In this document: piece by piece, positions 30,688 through 42,828 of the stretch
Layout: the number at the start of each line of letters is the position of its first letter
How positions within the stretch are numbered: the first letter of the stretch is position 1
From: an uncultured Planctomycetaceae bacterium
GTDB lineage: Bacteria > Planctomycetota > Planctomycetia > Isosphaerales > Isosphaeraceae
Assembly (NCBI GenBank): GCA_963833985.1
Contig: CAWIAD010000002.1
Location: 4,512,001 to 4,576,000 of the forward strand
DNA length: 64,000 nt
Direction: 5' to 3'
The notes under the pieces: model-generated
Told to the model about the DNA's origin: nothing
The model's database searches: none
The model's input: only the letters and a program-made list of their open reading frames with translations
Made by a program: the position numbers and the translations under genes

Positions 30688-33600
30688 ATGAAACGCCTCG
30701 ATGCCCTGCGGGAGTCTCCGCGGTCCCGTTCAGGTCGCCTGCTGCGCAGCCGCAAACATTTGAGGCGATTGCTTTTCGAGTCGCTGGAGGAACGCGTGAT
30801 GCTGGACGCGAACAGCTCCAGCCCGCTTCCCGCATCCATCGTGCTGGGCCGTACCCTGGCAACACCGGCCACGGCAGCGAGCGCGACCCCGCGCCCTCTT
30901 ACTTCGTGGGCGAGGTGCAGAACGGACAGGTGACGATCACCTACACCGTCTACAACGAGCAGGCCGGCACCGAGACTGGCGTCCTTCTGACCACCACGCT
31001 ACAGCCGGGAGTCACACTTCTCAATTCCTCGGTGACGCTGGACGGCAATACGGCCACGCAGCTTCCCGACCAGAACGGCCAGAACCTGGCCTGGAGCTTG
31101 CAGCCGATCCAGGGATACGACCGCGAGAGCGTCGCGGTCACCGTGAGCCTGCCGAGCTCCTCCACCCTTCAGCTCGACTCCGGCGCACACGCTTACGCCA
31201 TGCTCGACGCCGGTGCCCTGACGGCGTCCACGCCCGCGGCCGCGCTCAGGTCCGGCAATGTCGCGGACCCCGCCCTGCTCGCCTCCACGCCCGATGCCAA
31301 CTCGAACGATCCCTACGTCCAGGAGGAAGCGGCGAAGCTCAATTACGATCCGACGCAGATCTTCAACTTCCTGCACTCCGACATCGGCTACAACTCGTAT
31401 ACCGGTTCGGTTCGTGGCGCCCGGGGCACGCTCTGGAGCAGCGCCGGCAACGCGCTGGACGTCGCCAGCCTGGGTGTGGCCCTGATGCGCACCAGCGGCA
31501 TCCCGGCGCAGTACGCGTCCGGAACGCTTTCCTATCAGCAAGCGCAAACGCTGATCCTGTCGATGTACCCGGCGAGCTACCAGACCGTCGGCTACATCCC
31601 CTCGGGCACCCAGACGGCCGATCCGGCAAACGACGCCACGCTCCAGTCCGAGACCCAGAGCCATTACTGGTTCCAGTTTGATCCCGGCAGCGGGATGACG
31701 AACGCCGACCCGCTCATGTCCACCGCAACGATCGGCCAGACCTTCACCACGGCGACGGGGACGTTCAGCGAGGTACCCCCAAGTCTGCGTGCGACCACCG
31801 AGGTCAAGCTTTCGGCCGAGATCTACAGCCAGGCCAGCGCACTTTTCGGAGTGGGCGACGGACTTACCACCACCACCGTGCTCGACCAGACTTTCAACGA
31901 CGTCGCGCTGGTTGGCCACCCACTGTCCTTCGGCAATCTCGTGAACAGCCAGGGCTTCGGGGCGATCTTCACCGAAGTCACCAACACCTACACGCCTTAC
32001 GTGCAGATAGGGGACAACGCCAATCCCAATCCCAACCAGGACACGACCATCCTGGGAACGCCATACCAGGAGGTGCTCACCAACTTTCCTCTTGGCTCCG
32101 AGGTGCTCACCGGCGAGTTCCTGAATGTTGTCCTGAGCGGGCCCGGCCAGACCACTCAATCTTTTGAGCATACCATCCTGGACCTCCTCGGACCCGCTGT
32201 GCGGCAGGGTGGCGCCGCGCCGGCTCTGTCGATCAATCCTTCCGGACCGCCATCGCTCACCGAGTTCGACATCACAACCCTGAACGCACTGCCTGGACTC
32301 CAGTCGCCCAGGACGCTCGCGCCTTTGCAGGCTGTGATCGCCAGCGAGTACCAGAGCACGTCGCAACTCATCCAGCCAGACGGGACGTTCGGCGGGACGG
32401 CCGACTCGTCCTTGAGAAACTTCTACGTGAGCTACACGCGCCTGGTCGCAGCCCAGTTCCTGATCAGCTCCGATGCCTCGACCGCACAGCTCGCCGCGAC
32501 CTCGGGGGTTGCGGCCTATGCCGACAGCCCGCGGCTGATCGTGAGTTCGACCAAGTATTACTCCGATTCATCCGCGGGTACGGGTTTGACGACCGCCATC
32601 GACCTGCTGCGCGACACGCTGCGCGTCGTCGTTGCTCCGGGCGACAACACGCAGGCGCTCCAGATATTCAATTTTGTCCGCGGTGTCATGGAAACCCAGC
32701 TCGAAGGCACGATCGTCAGCCAGTTCGGCAGCGCTCTGGGAGGCACAGCGACCAACCTCAGCGCGGGCGTGGTGCTCTCGGCCGCACATGCGCAGGGGAT
32801 CCCGCTGGTGTCGATCACGGCGATGAACCTGACGCTGCTCGGCACTCTACCCATTTCCGCCAATGCCAAGGCACTCATCACCCAAGAGGTGATGTCCGGC
32901 TCGACCGTCCTCGTTCCCGCCACTTCGGTGGCCACGTCGGCCGGACCGCAGATCGCCTGGTATCAGGTCAACCCGACCACCGGCGAGACGATCGGCGTGG
33001 GCGAGAACGGATCGCATCCGGGGATCGAGGAAAACGTGGCGTTGAAGTGGATTATCACGGGCTTCCTGCTGGGCTTTGTCGCGTCCCGGATCTGGCCCAA
33101 GCACCCCCCCCTGCCGCAGATCCCGGTCACCATCTTTACCGGCCTGGGTGCAGTCGGTGCCGCGTTTTTCATCTACCTGGCAACCGCCGCGTTCTTGCCG
33201 CTTCTGGTCCTCGAGGTCGGGATCATCATTTACCTTCTAGCGAGCAAGTCCGATCCCACGGCCGCGGGACTGCTCACGAGCCTGCTTCAGTCACCTCAGG
33301 CGCAGCCTTCTCTGGCAGCGGCTCAGGCGCAGGTCGCGAGCGGCGTGAACTCTTCCTCGGGGAGCGTCGCGGGCTCGCTCCAGACGAAAAGCCTGGCCGC
33401 CTCGGGTCCGCTCAACGCGCGCTGGACCACGAGCAGCAACACCAGCCTCTTCGCCTCCTCACTCACAGCCTCGAGCGCCAAGGTCCTCGACGCTTCCGGC
33501 AAGACGATCGGCTCCGGTTCCGTCAGTTTTCAGAGCGCCCAGGCGGTTCCGGCCATCGTCGGAGGCAGCGTCAGCTATCAGGTGACCGGAAACGGGTCGC

Positions 33601-36600
33601 TTTCCTTCGACGGCCCGGCCGGCAGCGGGCTGGGCGTGAGCGGCGACTGGCAGAGCTATTCCGCACAGGTTTCCGGCAGCGCAGCGATCGAACTCATCGG
33701 CGGCTCCCTGGTTCTCAACGGTCAGCCCCTGCCCGCTGGGACTTACACGATCACGACCGGCCAGGCGACCATCGCGGGAAGTGGAACGAGCACTTCGCCC
33801 AGCTTCTCAGGGACGGTATCACTCTCCTCGAACGGCGACACGATCAACATTGAAGCGAGCGGCGGAAGCTTCTCGGTTGGCGGCAAGCCGCTCGAGACGG
33901 ACGATGAGGCCACGCTCGACCAGTACACCGGGACCATCAACGTGTCGGCCGGCGCAGGAGGTTCCCAATCCGTCAGCCTGAGCGGTTCCGCCGGCAACGT
34001 CCTTCAAGTGACGACCTCAACCGCGACGTTCACAACCGACCAGAACACGCCGATCACATTCGCCCCGAGCATCCATGGCAGCCTGGCCGACACCTACACG
34101 CTAACGGCCAATGCGCCGTCGGGATGGACGGTCACGATCGACAGCAAGGGGAATGTCACCGCAGCCCCCGCACCGGGACTCCAGGGCGGTACCTACCCCA
34201 TCCAGATCATCGCCCAGTCTCAGTCCGATCCCAACCTCGTGGCACAGGCGACTGTGGAAGTCACGATCAAGCCGACCACTCCGGGCATGAGCCTGGGCGT
34301 TGCGTCGGATTCCGTCCTGAGCGTGCCCTTCGATGGTGCCGATCTCCCGACCGGCTTCCGCGCGAGCATTCAGAACCTTGGCCCCGCGCCGGACACCTAC
34401 AACCTGAGCTTCTCCAACGTTCCCGCCGGGTTCAGCGTGCAGACGAGCACATCCAGCGTCACCGTTCCCGCCGGACAGACCGGAATCGTCGGAGTTTATC
34501 TCGTGCCCAACCCCGGCCAGCCCCTCCCGGCGCCTGGCACGCAGCTCTCGTTCACCGTGACCGCCACGAGCAAGACCACCTCGTCAATCACCAAAGCCCA
34601 GAACGTGACCTTCACCGTTCCGGCCATCGACGCGGTTACCGTCACAGCCAGCCCATCCAGTGTGAATACCACGCCCGGTGTGGCCGCCAGCGACACGCTC
34701 ACGATCACGAACGTGGGCAACGTGCCCCAGACCAATATCAGCTTCGCGAGCAGCAATTCTGCCGGGCTCTCCGTCTCCGGACTGGCTCCGCTCTCGCTGG
34801 CGGTCGGCCAGTCGACCACCGAGACCGTCACCTTCACTCCGTCGGCCTCAACGCCCCTGAACAGCATCCTCCAGTCGACCATCACGGCGACTTACGGACC
34901 GACGACATCACCCCAGACCCAGACCCTGAACATGACGGTCGACGTCGTCGTGCCTGGAGCAGCGGCGCTCGCCAACGCAGCGGTCGCGGCCCAGCAGCTC
35001 AGTAACTCAGGGCTGGCCGGGCGCCTGCAAGACCTGAGCACTGCGCTCACCAGCCTGGTGCAGAACCCAACCAGCCCGGTCTACCAGGGACAGGCGCTGG
35101 CCAATCTCGATAGCCTCATCAGCCAGCTCACCAACGATCCGTTCCTCTCCGGGTTCACCTCGGGACTGACCACGGCCCGCACGGCCCTTGCCTCCGCGTC
35201 CACCGCGAGTGCCGTTCAGTCGGCTGTAAGCGGCCTTGGCACCGCGCTCGGCTCGCTGGCGCAGGTGATCAGCGACGACGCCGCACACCAGTTCACGATC
35301 TCGCTCTCGCCCGACCGCAACATCGTCCAGCCCGCGGCGCCCGAGGTCTTCGATATCCTCATCACCAACAACGGTACGGCTGCCACGACCTATGACCTGG
35401 GCATCTCCGGCTTGCCCGCGGGCGTGAGCTCCGCGTTCAGCCAGCCGTCCGTCACGCTTCAGCCCGGGCAGTCGCTCACGGCCGGCAATAGCGCGGTCAC
35501 GCTCACGCTCACCGAGTCCGGCGGCACGCTCATCCCGGCGAACTTCACCATCGCGGCGACGGCCGAGGGCGCCAGCGAAATCACCCAGGGCACTCCCGGC
35601 TTCCTGACCCTGCGCGACTCCTCGATCATCGCCACGGGCATCGTCACCAACCCCGCGTACGTCAGCCCCGGCGGCAAGGTGGACGTCTCTGCGCAGATCC
35701 TGGGAACCGTGAACCAGGCCACGCCGATCTCGGCGTACTATACGGTCACGGATCAGGCCGGAAGCACGCTCTTCACGTCGACCGCAGTGCCGGTCTCGCT
35801 CGCGGTCAATAGCGGCCTGGTCACGGCCGACCTGGGCAACCTGGACACGACCGGGTTCGCCCCGGGAGTCGATTCGATCAGCGTCACGCTGCTGGATGGA
35901 AGCAGCAAGCCGATTCCCGGCGGTTCCACGAGCACCAGTTACCTCATCGGCCAGCCGGTGACGGCCACGCTCTCCACCACGCCGGCCACCGTGCCCACTG
36001 GCTCGGATACGGTCACGACCACACTCTCGGCGACCACGCTGTCCACGTATCCTTCGCCGCTCACCCTCCAGGGCGCCCTGGCCACCCCCGCACCCGGCAC
36101 CTCGGTCGCCCTGTACACGTCGGGCGGCAAGACCTACGCCTACGAGAGCGGCACCGGCGGCATCAACGCCATCGACGTGACCAACGCGGCCAGTCCCCAG
36201 CTCCTCGAGACCTTCGGCCAGAACGAGATCACCAACGGCAAGTTCGGCTTCAACGTCGCGCGGGTGGTCGGCAACGAGCTGCTGGTCGGCACCTCCAACG
36301 GCAACAACGGCAGCGTGTTCAACCTGCTCGTCTACTCGCTGGCGAGCCCGGCCAGCCCGACGCTCGTGAGCAACACCACCATCAATTACCGGTTCCTCAG
36401 CGACCTGCTGGTCAACAGCACCGGCACGGCCGTCTTCGTGCCGACCAATGGCTTCATGTACTTCGGTAGTACCATCTTCCAGGACTTCGGCGATTTCGTC
36501 GCCATCGACCTCACCGATCCCACCCAGCCGGTGCTCGCCAGCGCCCTGTTCACCAACCAGGGCCAGCCCAATGGCGGCAACATGAACCAGTTCGGCGGCG

Positions 36601-39390
36601 TCCTGGTGAACGACCAGATCGCTTACTCGGCCGGACTGGCTCCGGGCGGCAGCACGATCATCGGCAACACCGGGAACCTGCTGGTCGTGAACATCTCCGA
36701 CCCCAAGAACATGTCGCTGATCACCCAGCTCAAGATCCCCGGCACGATCAACATCCTGAATGTGGCCACTTACGGCAACCGCGCCCTGGTGGTTGGAACC
36801 GCGGGCACCGAGTCGAACATCTACAATCCGAACGCCACGGGCGTGGCCAATCACCTCACCCTGACGGTGCTCGACATCACCGACCCGAGCAACCCGCAGA
36901 TACTGGGCTCGACCTTCGTCACGAACGAGCAGTTCCCGCTCGGCGAAGCCGGCGCCAAGACCGACGTGGTCAGCCTGGGCAATGGCGACTTCGCCATCAG
37001 CGACACCGACCAGGGCGGCAACCCCGCCCTGCTGGTCGTCGATCCCAGCAACCCCGGCAACATCGTCGTTTCGGCCGCGCAGGTGCCCAGCGGCGTGCAC
37101 GGCATCACCGTCGCCGGGAACCTGCTCTACGCGACGACCTCCAGCGGCCTTTCCATCTATCAGATCGGTCAGCTCGTGAGCGACCCTGTGACGTTCTCGG
37201 TCAACCTGCCGCCCGGGACCGCGGCGAATATCCCCGCCAGTTCGTTCAATATCGCGCCCACCCAGATCACCAGCGGGACGACTGCCGATACGCTCACGTG
37301 GGATCGCTCGTTCTCGGCGGGCGACACGACGTTCACGTTCTCGTGGCAGTCGAGCATCAGCGGAGTACAGGCGGGGCAGACCACCGCCGTCACCCAGGGC
37401 TCGACCATCGCCTACGTCGCGCAGGGTTCTCCCGGCTCACTGACGCTGCCGGGGACGGCCGTCACCGGCACGCCGATCATCCGCCTGATCACGACCTCAG
37501 CAACCGAACAGCCCGGGGGATCGGCAACCTACGACGTACGGCTTTATAATCCCACAAGCGCCACTGTGACCTATTCACTGAGCGGTCCTGACCTGCCGTC
37601 CGGCGTCAACGGTAACTTCACGTCGGTCACCGTCCCTGCGGACAGCAGCGTGGACACGCCGCTGGTGCTTCACTCGGGAACCTACGCGCAACCAGGAACT
37701 TACCCGTTCAGCGTCACCGCCGATTACCTTCTCTACTCCTCGGACGGTGTGACGCAGCTTGGCGAGTTCAAGGGGTCGGCCTCAAGCTCCCTGGTCATCG
37801 CGGGACCACCCGTCGTCACACCCGATTCCAGCGCACACGGCGTGGTCGTGACGATCTCACCCACCCGGGCCGTGGCCGGGCAGGGCACATCGGCGACCTA
37901 CGTCGTTCAACTGACAAACGTGGGCAGCCTCGACGACCAGTTCTCACTGGAGATCAACGGACTGCCTCAGGGAGTCTATGGCTCGTTCGGCCAGAACGCC
38001 TATAGCCTGGACGTTCCCCCAGGCGCCAGCAACGCACGCGACGTGTCCCTGACCATCACGACAAGCGCCGGGACAGTTCCAGGCGATATCCCCTTCACGG
38101 TCAGGGCCGCGTCGGAGTCGAGCGCCGGGACGCAGGGAACCGCCCAGGCGACACTCAGCGTCGTCTTCGAGCGGGGTCTCGCTGGGCCTCAGCCCCCAGT
38201 CGACCACGCCCGGCGGCAGCCTTCAACTCGACGTCACGAACACGGGAACGCAGACAGACACTTTCAACCTGGCCCTGGCCGGCCCGGCAGCCCTGGTGGC
38301 AAAGCTGGCGACATCCACCGTCACTCTGGCGCCGGGTGCCTCGCAGACGGTTCCGATCACCACCACGGGGGTCGATTTCGCCGTCGCCGGAGCGTTGCCG
38401 CTGACGGCGACAGCCACCTCGCAAGCGAATCCAGGCGTCATGCAGGCAGCCACGTCCGACCTGGCTGTTCCATCTTTCACGGGCATGACGGCGCAGTTCA
38501 CTCCTGCGTCGGTGACGGTCAAGGCACCTGGAACCACGGGCCTGGTTCTTGAGGTGAAGAACACCGGCAACGACGACGACCGGTATACCGTCGCCATCAT
38601 CGGCACCACCGGTCCGGTCACGGCCAGCCTGATCGGCCCAGACGGACTGCCAGCGCAGTCGATCGCGCTCTTCGTGCTGCCTGCTCTGGGCACGGCCGAC
38701 CTTCCACTTCAGGCCACGCTCAACGGTCCCGGCCAGGGCACGATCACCGTCCTCGTCAAGTCGCTCACGACCGGCCAGGAATCCACCGTCGTCGCCACTG
38801 TCTCCGGTCAGAGCACCGTCATCGACGGCCCGCAGGTCCTGCTCGTCCAGCGCTACGGCGTGCACATGAACCCCACGACCATCGTGCTCACCTTCGATCA
38901 GCCCCTCAACCCGACGCTCGCCGACAACGTCAACGAATACCGCTTGCTCGACCCGCAAGGGCACGTCGTACCCATCTCTTCAGCCGTCTACGACGCGGCA
39001 ACCGATACGGTGACGTTGCATCCCCGGAACCGCATCAATCTGCACCGGACGTACAGGCTCACCGTCGTTGGCGTTGGGCCCAACGGCCTGACCGACAGTT
39101 CGGGGCTCCTGCTCGACGGCAAGAAGTCCGGCCAGCCCGGCAGTAACTACGTGACCACCATCAACGGGCGCAACCTGGTGCTGCCGCCGAACTGGAACCC
39201 CGCCTGGTCGCGGAAGGCCCCCGCCCGGAAGACGGCCGCCCGCTTCGCCACCGGCCATCCGCGGCCGTTCCATCGCTCGTCGACGCTCGTGAAGCTCGAT
39301 CCGCCAGGAACCCCGAGGGAACGGTTGGTCCCCGCCCGGCCCCGCCCCGCTCTTCCCCGGCGCTCGCTGCTGTTGCGCAGCCACCATTGA
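30688..39390 (+). CDS. giant (~2,900 aa) surface protein: planctomycete export motif, transglutaminase-like domain, hydrophobic cassette, Ig/NEW3-like repeats, LVIVD-like propeller, C-terminal Ig domain; indels near 30890 and 38167
   Basis: GAGGAG RBS and ATG at 30688. RRLLFESLEERVMLD; GNALDVASLGVALMRTSGIPAQY..HYW; repeated NxGxxxDTYxL; repeated LLV[V/Y]D/IxDP. Three ORF pieces join with single indels. Confidence 0.85.
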
Positions 39391-39416
39391 CCGGCGAGGC
39401 GCTCGCGGCGTAGAAT
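39387..39416 (+). promoter_or_regulatory. sigma70-type promoter of the leu leader / leuA
   Basis: TTGACC-N18-TAGAAT. Confidence 0.7.
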
Positions 39417-39453
39417 TCACTGAGTTCGAGGCACGAATCTCTGGGAACGCCCA

Positions 39454-39528
39454 ATGCGTCTGTTGCCGGCCATTCCGCGACTGATTCTCAACCTTCGCCT
39501 TACCGGCCGGCCGGGGGTGGTGTCTTAG
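39454..39528 (+). CDS. Leu-rich leader peptide (24 aa)
   Basis: [24 protein letters not shown] has 6 Leu, 2 Ile and 2 Val. Lies between the promoter and the terminator upstream of leuA. Confidence 0.75.
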   Translation: MRLLPAIPRLILNLRLTGRPGVVS

Positions 39529-39563
39529 GGTTCGACAGGTCCGCGCCTCTCAGCAAGACAACC

Positions 39564-39608
39564 AAGCCCCGAGACTCACCTCGAATGGTGGATCCCGGGG
39601 CTTTTTTT
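39564..39608 (+). terminator. attenuator intrinsic terminator
   Basis: AAGCCCCG(39564-39571)...CGGGGCTT(39596-39603) stem with a T7 run at 39602-39608, just 5' of the leuA ATG. Confidence 0.8.
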
Positions 39609-39635
39609 CGTCCCAACCCGGAAAAGAGCCTGGTC

Positions 39636-41239
39636 ATGAGCACTGCGCAAGAGCCCTCCGCGTCCGCACCGGCGGCCGACCCGAACCGCGTCCGGATCTT
39701 TGATACGACGCTGCGTGACGGCGAACAATCGCCCGGCGCCAGCATGAATCTTGGAGAGAAGCTCGAGGTGGCGCGGGTGCTCTCCGGACTGGGCGTGGAT
39801 GTCATCGAGGCCGGCTTCCCGATCGCCTCGCAAGGGGACTTCGAGGCGGTGCGGGCCATCGCCGGCGAGATCACCGGCTCGACCGTCTGCGGCCTGCGCG
39901 CTGCAACGAGAAGGACATCGACCGTGCCTGGGACGCCGTCAGGTACGCGCAGACCCCGCGCATCCACGTCTTCCTGGCAACCTCGGCCATCCACCGCGAG
40001 CACAAGCTGCGCATGACCCGGCGCAGATCATCGAGCGCGCCGTCGCCAGCGTGCGCAGGGCCAGAAGTTACTGTGCCGACATCGAGTTCTCTCCCGAGGA
40101 CGCCGCGCGGACCGAGCTCGATTTCCTCTGCGAGGTTGTCGAGGCGGCCATCGAGGCCGGCGCCACCACCGTCAACATCCCCGACACGGTCGGCTACGCG
40201 ACGCCCACGCAGTACGCGGCCGTGATCCGCACGCTCAGAGAGCGCGTGCCGAACATCGGCCAGGCGGTCGTCAGCACGCATTGCCATGACGACCTGGGCC
40301 TGGCGGTGGCCAACAGCCTGGCCGGTGTCGAGGCTGGGGCCCGGCAGGTCGAGTGCACGATCAACGGCATCGGCGAACGTGCCGGCAACGCCGCGCTCGA
40401 GGAGATCGTCATGGCCATCAAGACACGCCACGATTACTACGGCGTGACCACCGGGATCAAGACCGAGCGCCTCTACCCCGCCAGCCGGGTCCTGTCGACG
40501 ATCACCGGGCTAGCGGTCCAGCGGAACAAGGCCATCGTGGGCCGCAACGCCTTCGCCCACGAGTCGGGCATCCACCAGGACGGCATGCTCAAGGAGCGGT
40601 CCACCTACGAGATCATGCGCCCGAAGACGTGGGCGTGCCCCGGACCGACCTGGTTCTGGGCAAGCACTCCGGCCGGCACGCGCTGCGCGAGCGGGTCATC
40701 GAGATGGGTTACAACCTCACCGAGGAGCAGATCGAGGTGCTCTTCAACGATTTCAAGGCCCTGGCCGACAAGAAGAAAGAGGTCTACGACCAGGACCTGC
40801 TGATTCTCGTCGAGAAGCACATGGAAGACATTCCCGCGCCGTGGCAGCTCCTCGGCCTGCACACCACGGCCGGCACCAGCGTGCTGCCCACGGCCACGGT
40901 CTCCATCCGCCGGCCCGACGGCGAGGTCGTGCAGGACGCGGCCATCGGCGACGGCCCCGTCGACGCCATCTTCAAGGCCGTCGAACGCGTCACGGGAGTG
41001 CACGCCAACCTGCACGAATTCGTCGTCCGCAGCGTGACCCAGGGCAAGGACGCGCAGGGCGAGGTGACGCTCGAGCTGGAGGTGGAAAGCGACGACCGCA
41101 GCTTTCGCGGCCGCGCCGCCTCCACCGACATCATCGAGGCATCGGCCCTGGCATACCTGAACGCCGTGAACGCGATCCAGACCCACAAGGAGCGCGGCCA
41201 CGTCCGCGAGGTCGTCGGCCGCCCGGCGCCGGGGCGTGA
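39636..41239 (+). CDS. leuA: 2-isopropylmalate synthase; four apparent single-base deletions (~39897, ~40021, ~40622, ~41224)
   Basis: [49 protein letters not shown], and regulatory domain GDGPVDA...STDIIEAS. Confidence 0.95.
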
Positions 41240-41377
41240 TGAGGCAGTCTCGAGCCTCTTGATGGCGATGGCAAAGGTGAGGCATTTCGCATATGCTGGT
41301 TGCTCGACGCCGGCCCCATCCCAGCCTCCCGCCTGGACGTCTTCGCGAGGAGCCGATGTCTCTTCCCGGGTTGGTCC

Positions 41378-41839
41378 ATGAGTAGAAAGCGACACCGGGC
41401 ATCGCCCAGAGTCAAAACAGAAAGAACCGAGCACACACCGAGGTCATTCCTGCGGGCGGCGACCCAACGAAGGGAGGCGGCATCATTCCTGTTCAGCAGC
41501 GGCATTTACCTAATGGACTCCATCTACCTCGCCGGATACGCAGCCGAGTGTTCGCTCAAGGCGGTGATCCTGTCCAGATCGCCGGTCTCAAAGAGAGACG
41601 GCGTACTCGAAGAGATTAGCTCCGGATCTCGGGGACATAACTTTGACTTCCTCGCGGACATTCTCAGGCAAAAGAACGTTGAGATACCAAGTCCGGTGAC
41701 CGAAAGCCTCGAGCGGGTTAACAAGGTATGGTCCACGGACTTGAGATATCGAGGATCTCAAGTCCACCCCCGAGTTGCTCAGACGATCATTGAGGCTATC
41801 AGACTGATCGTCGACTGGGCCGAGAGGAGTGCAATATGA
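41378..41839 (+). CDS. HEPN-domain protein
   Basis: YLAGYAAECSLKA, GHNF and WSTDLRY match the HEPN E..LKA / H / RY pattern. Visibly lower GC than the flanks. Confidence 0.7.
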   Translation: MSRKRHRASPRVKTERTEHTPRSFLRAATQRREAASFLFSSGIYLMDSIYLAGYAAECSLKAVILSRSPVSKRDGVLEEISSGSRGHNFDFLADILRQKNVEIPSPVTESLERVNKVWSTDLRYRGSQVHPRVAQTIIEAIRLIVDWAERSAI

Positions 41840-42150
41840 ATGGCTGGGAGAATAAGAAGACGGCCGAAACCCGCAAGCTTGAGGAACATTTCCGCAAGAC
41901 GTTTCCCAGGACCGATGCGTACCGCTTCAATTCCGCGTCAATCAGGGTGAGGGTTATCGACGATCGTTTTGAGGGCAAATCGATGGCGGAACGGGAAGAT
42001 ATGGTGATGCCACTTCTCGAGAAACTCCCTAAGAGGATTCGAGAAGATGTGCTCATGCTATTAAAGCTTGCGCCAAGCGAACTCGACACTCCGAACGCGC
42101 AAATGCTCATTAACGCTGAGTTCGAGCATCCTCTTCCTTCGCGTCTTTGA
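41836..42150 (+). CDS. small BolA-like or degenerate MNT-like protein
   Basis: IRVRVIDDRFEGKSMAERED...LLKLAPSE. ATGA overlap with the HEPN gene and GAGGAG RBS. Confidence 0.7.
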   Translation: MNGWENKKTAETRKLEEHFRKTFPRTDAYRFNSASIRVRVIDDRFEGKSMAEREDMVMPLLEKLPKRIREDVLMLLKLAPSELDTPNAQMLINAEFEHPLPSRL

Positions 42151-42258
42151 CGACCGCAGAGGCAAGCTGCGCGTGATTGAAAAGCAAGAAGCGGCCACGT
42201 TTGACCCGCCTTTTCTCAGAAACTGGACAGTCCGTCTCCTGCGGCCACTAGATTACTG

Positions 42259-42825
42259 ATGTCGCGGAACAACGAACCGTCCGATGCAAGTCTGGTGGCG
42301 AAGGTTCTGGCAGGCGACCGTGAGGCGTTCGGCTGCCTTTACGACCGCTACGCTCGCCTTGTCCGGGCCGTCGTGTACAGGGTTGGGAACGATATCCCGG
42401 CGGCTCATGACCTGACGCAGGAGTGCTTCCTGCGGGCCTACCGTAACCTTTCACAACTGAGACAGCCGGACCCGTTCGGTGCCTGGGTGGTTGGCATCGC
42501 GCGCGCCTTGGCCAGCGAGCACCGGCGTTCCTTGCGGCGTGATCGGCATCGGTTCGTCGCCGATGAATCGCTCGATGTCTGGTTCGAGCCGGATATCCCC
42601 GGCGCCCTCCAGACCGCCGACGAGATCGAGCTCGTGCTCCGCCGGGTTGCCGAGCTTCCGGAACGAGAACGTATGGCCGTTCATGCGTTCTTTCTTCAGG
42701 AAAGCAACGCAGCTCAAGCGGCCAGACTGCTCGGGCTCTCGCGATCGGGAATCTACGCGCTGCTGCAGCGCGCCCTGGCACATCTGGCGGAAGCCCTTCG
42801 CCAAGGCGTGGGAAAGGAGGTGTGA
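42259..42825 (+). CDS. ECF RNA polymerase sigma factor
   Basis: SDASLVAKVLAGDREAFGCLYDRY, AHDLTQECFLRAY, LPERER. Confidence 0.9.
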   Translation: MSRNNEPSDASLVAKVLAGDREAFGCLYDRYARLVRAVVYRVGNDIPAAHDLTQECFLRAYRNLSQLRQPDPFGAWVVGIARALASEHRRSLRRDRHRFVADESLDVWFEPDIPGALQTADEIELVLRRVAELPERERMAVHAFFLQESNAAQAARLLGLSRSGIYALLQRALAHLAEALRQGVGKEV

Positions 42826-42828
42826 GCC

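Noticed and set aside
39636..41239. leuA and other split genes as pseudogenes or programmed frameshifts
   Set aside because: The breaks are single-base homopolymer shortenings with intact motifs, promoter and attenuator. I saw no slippery heptamers.
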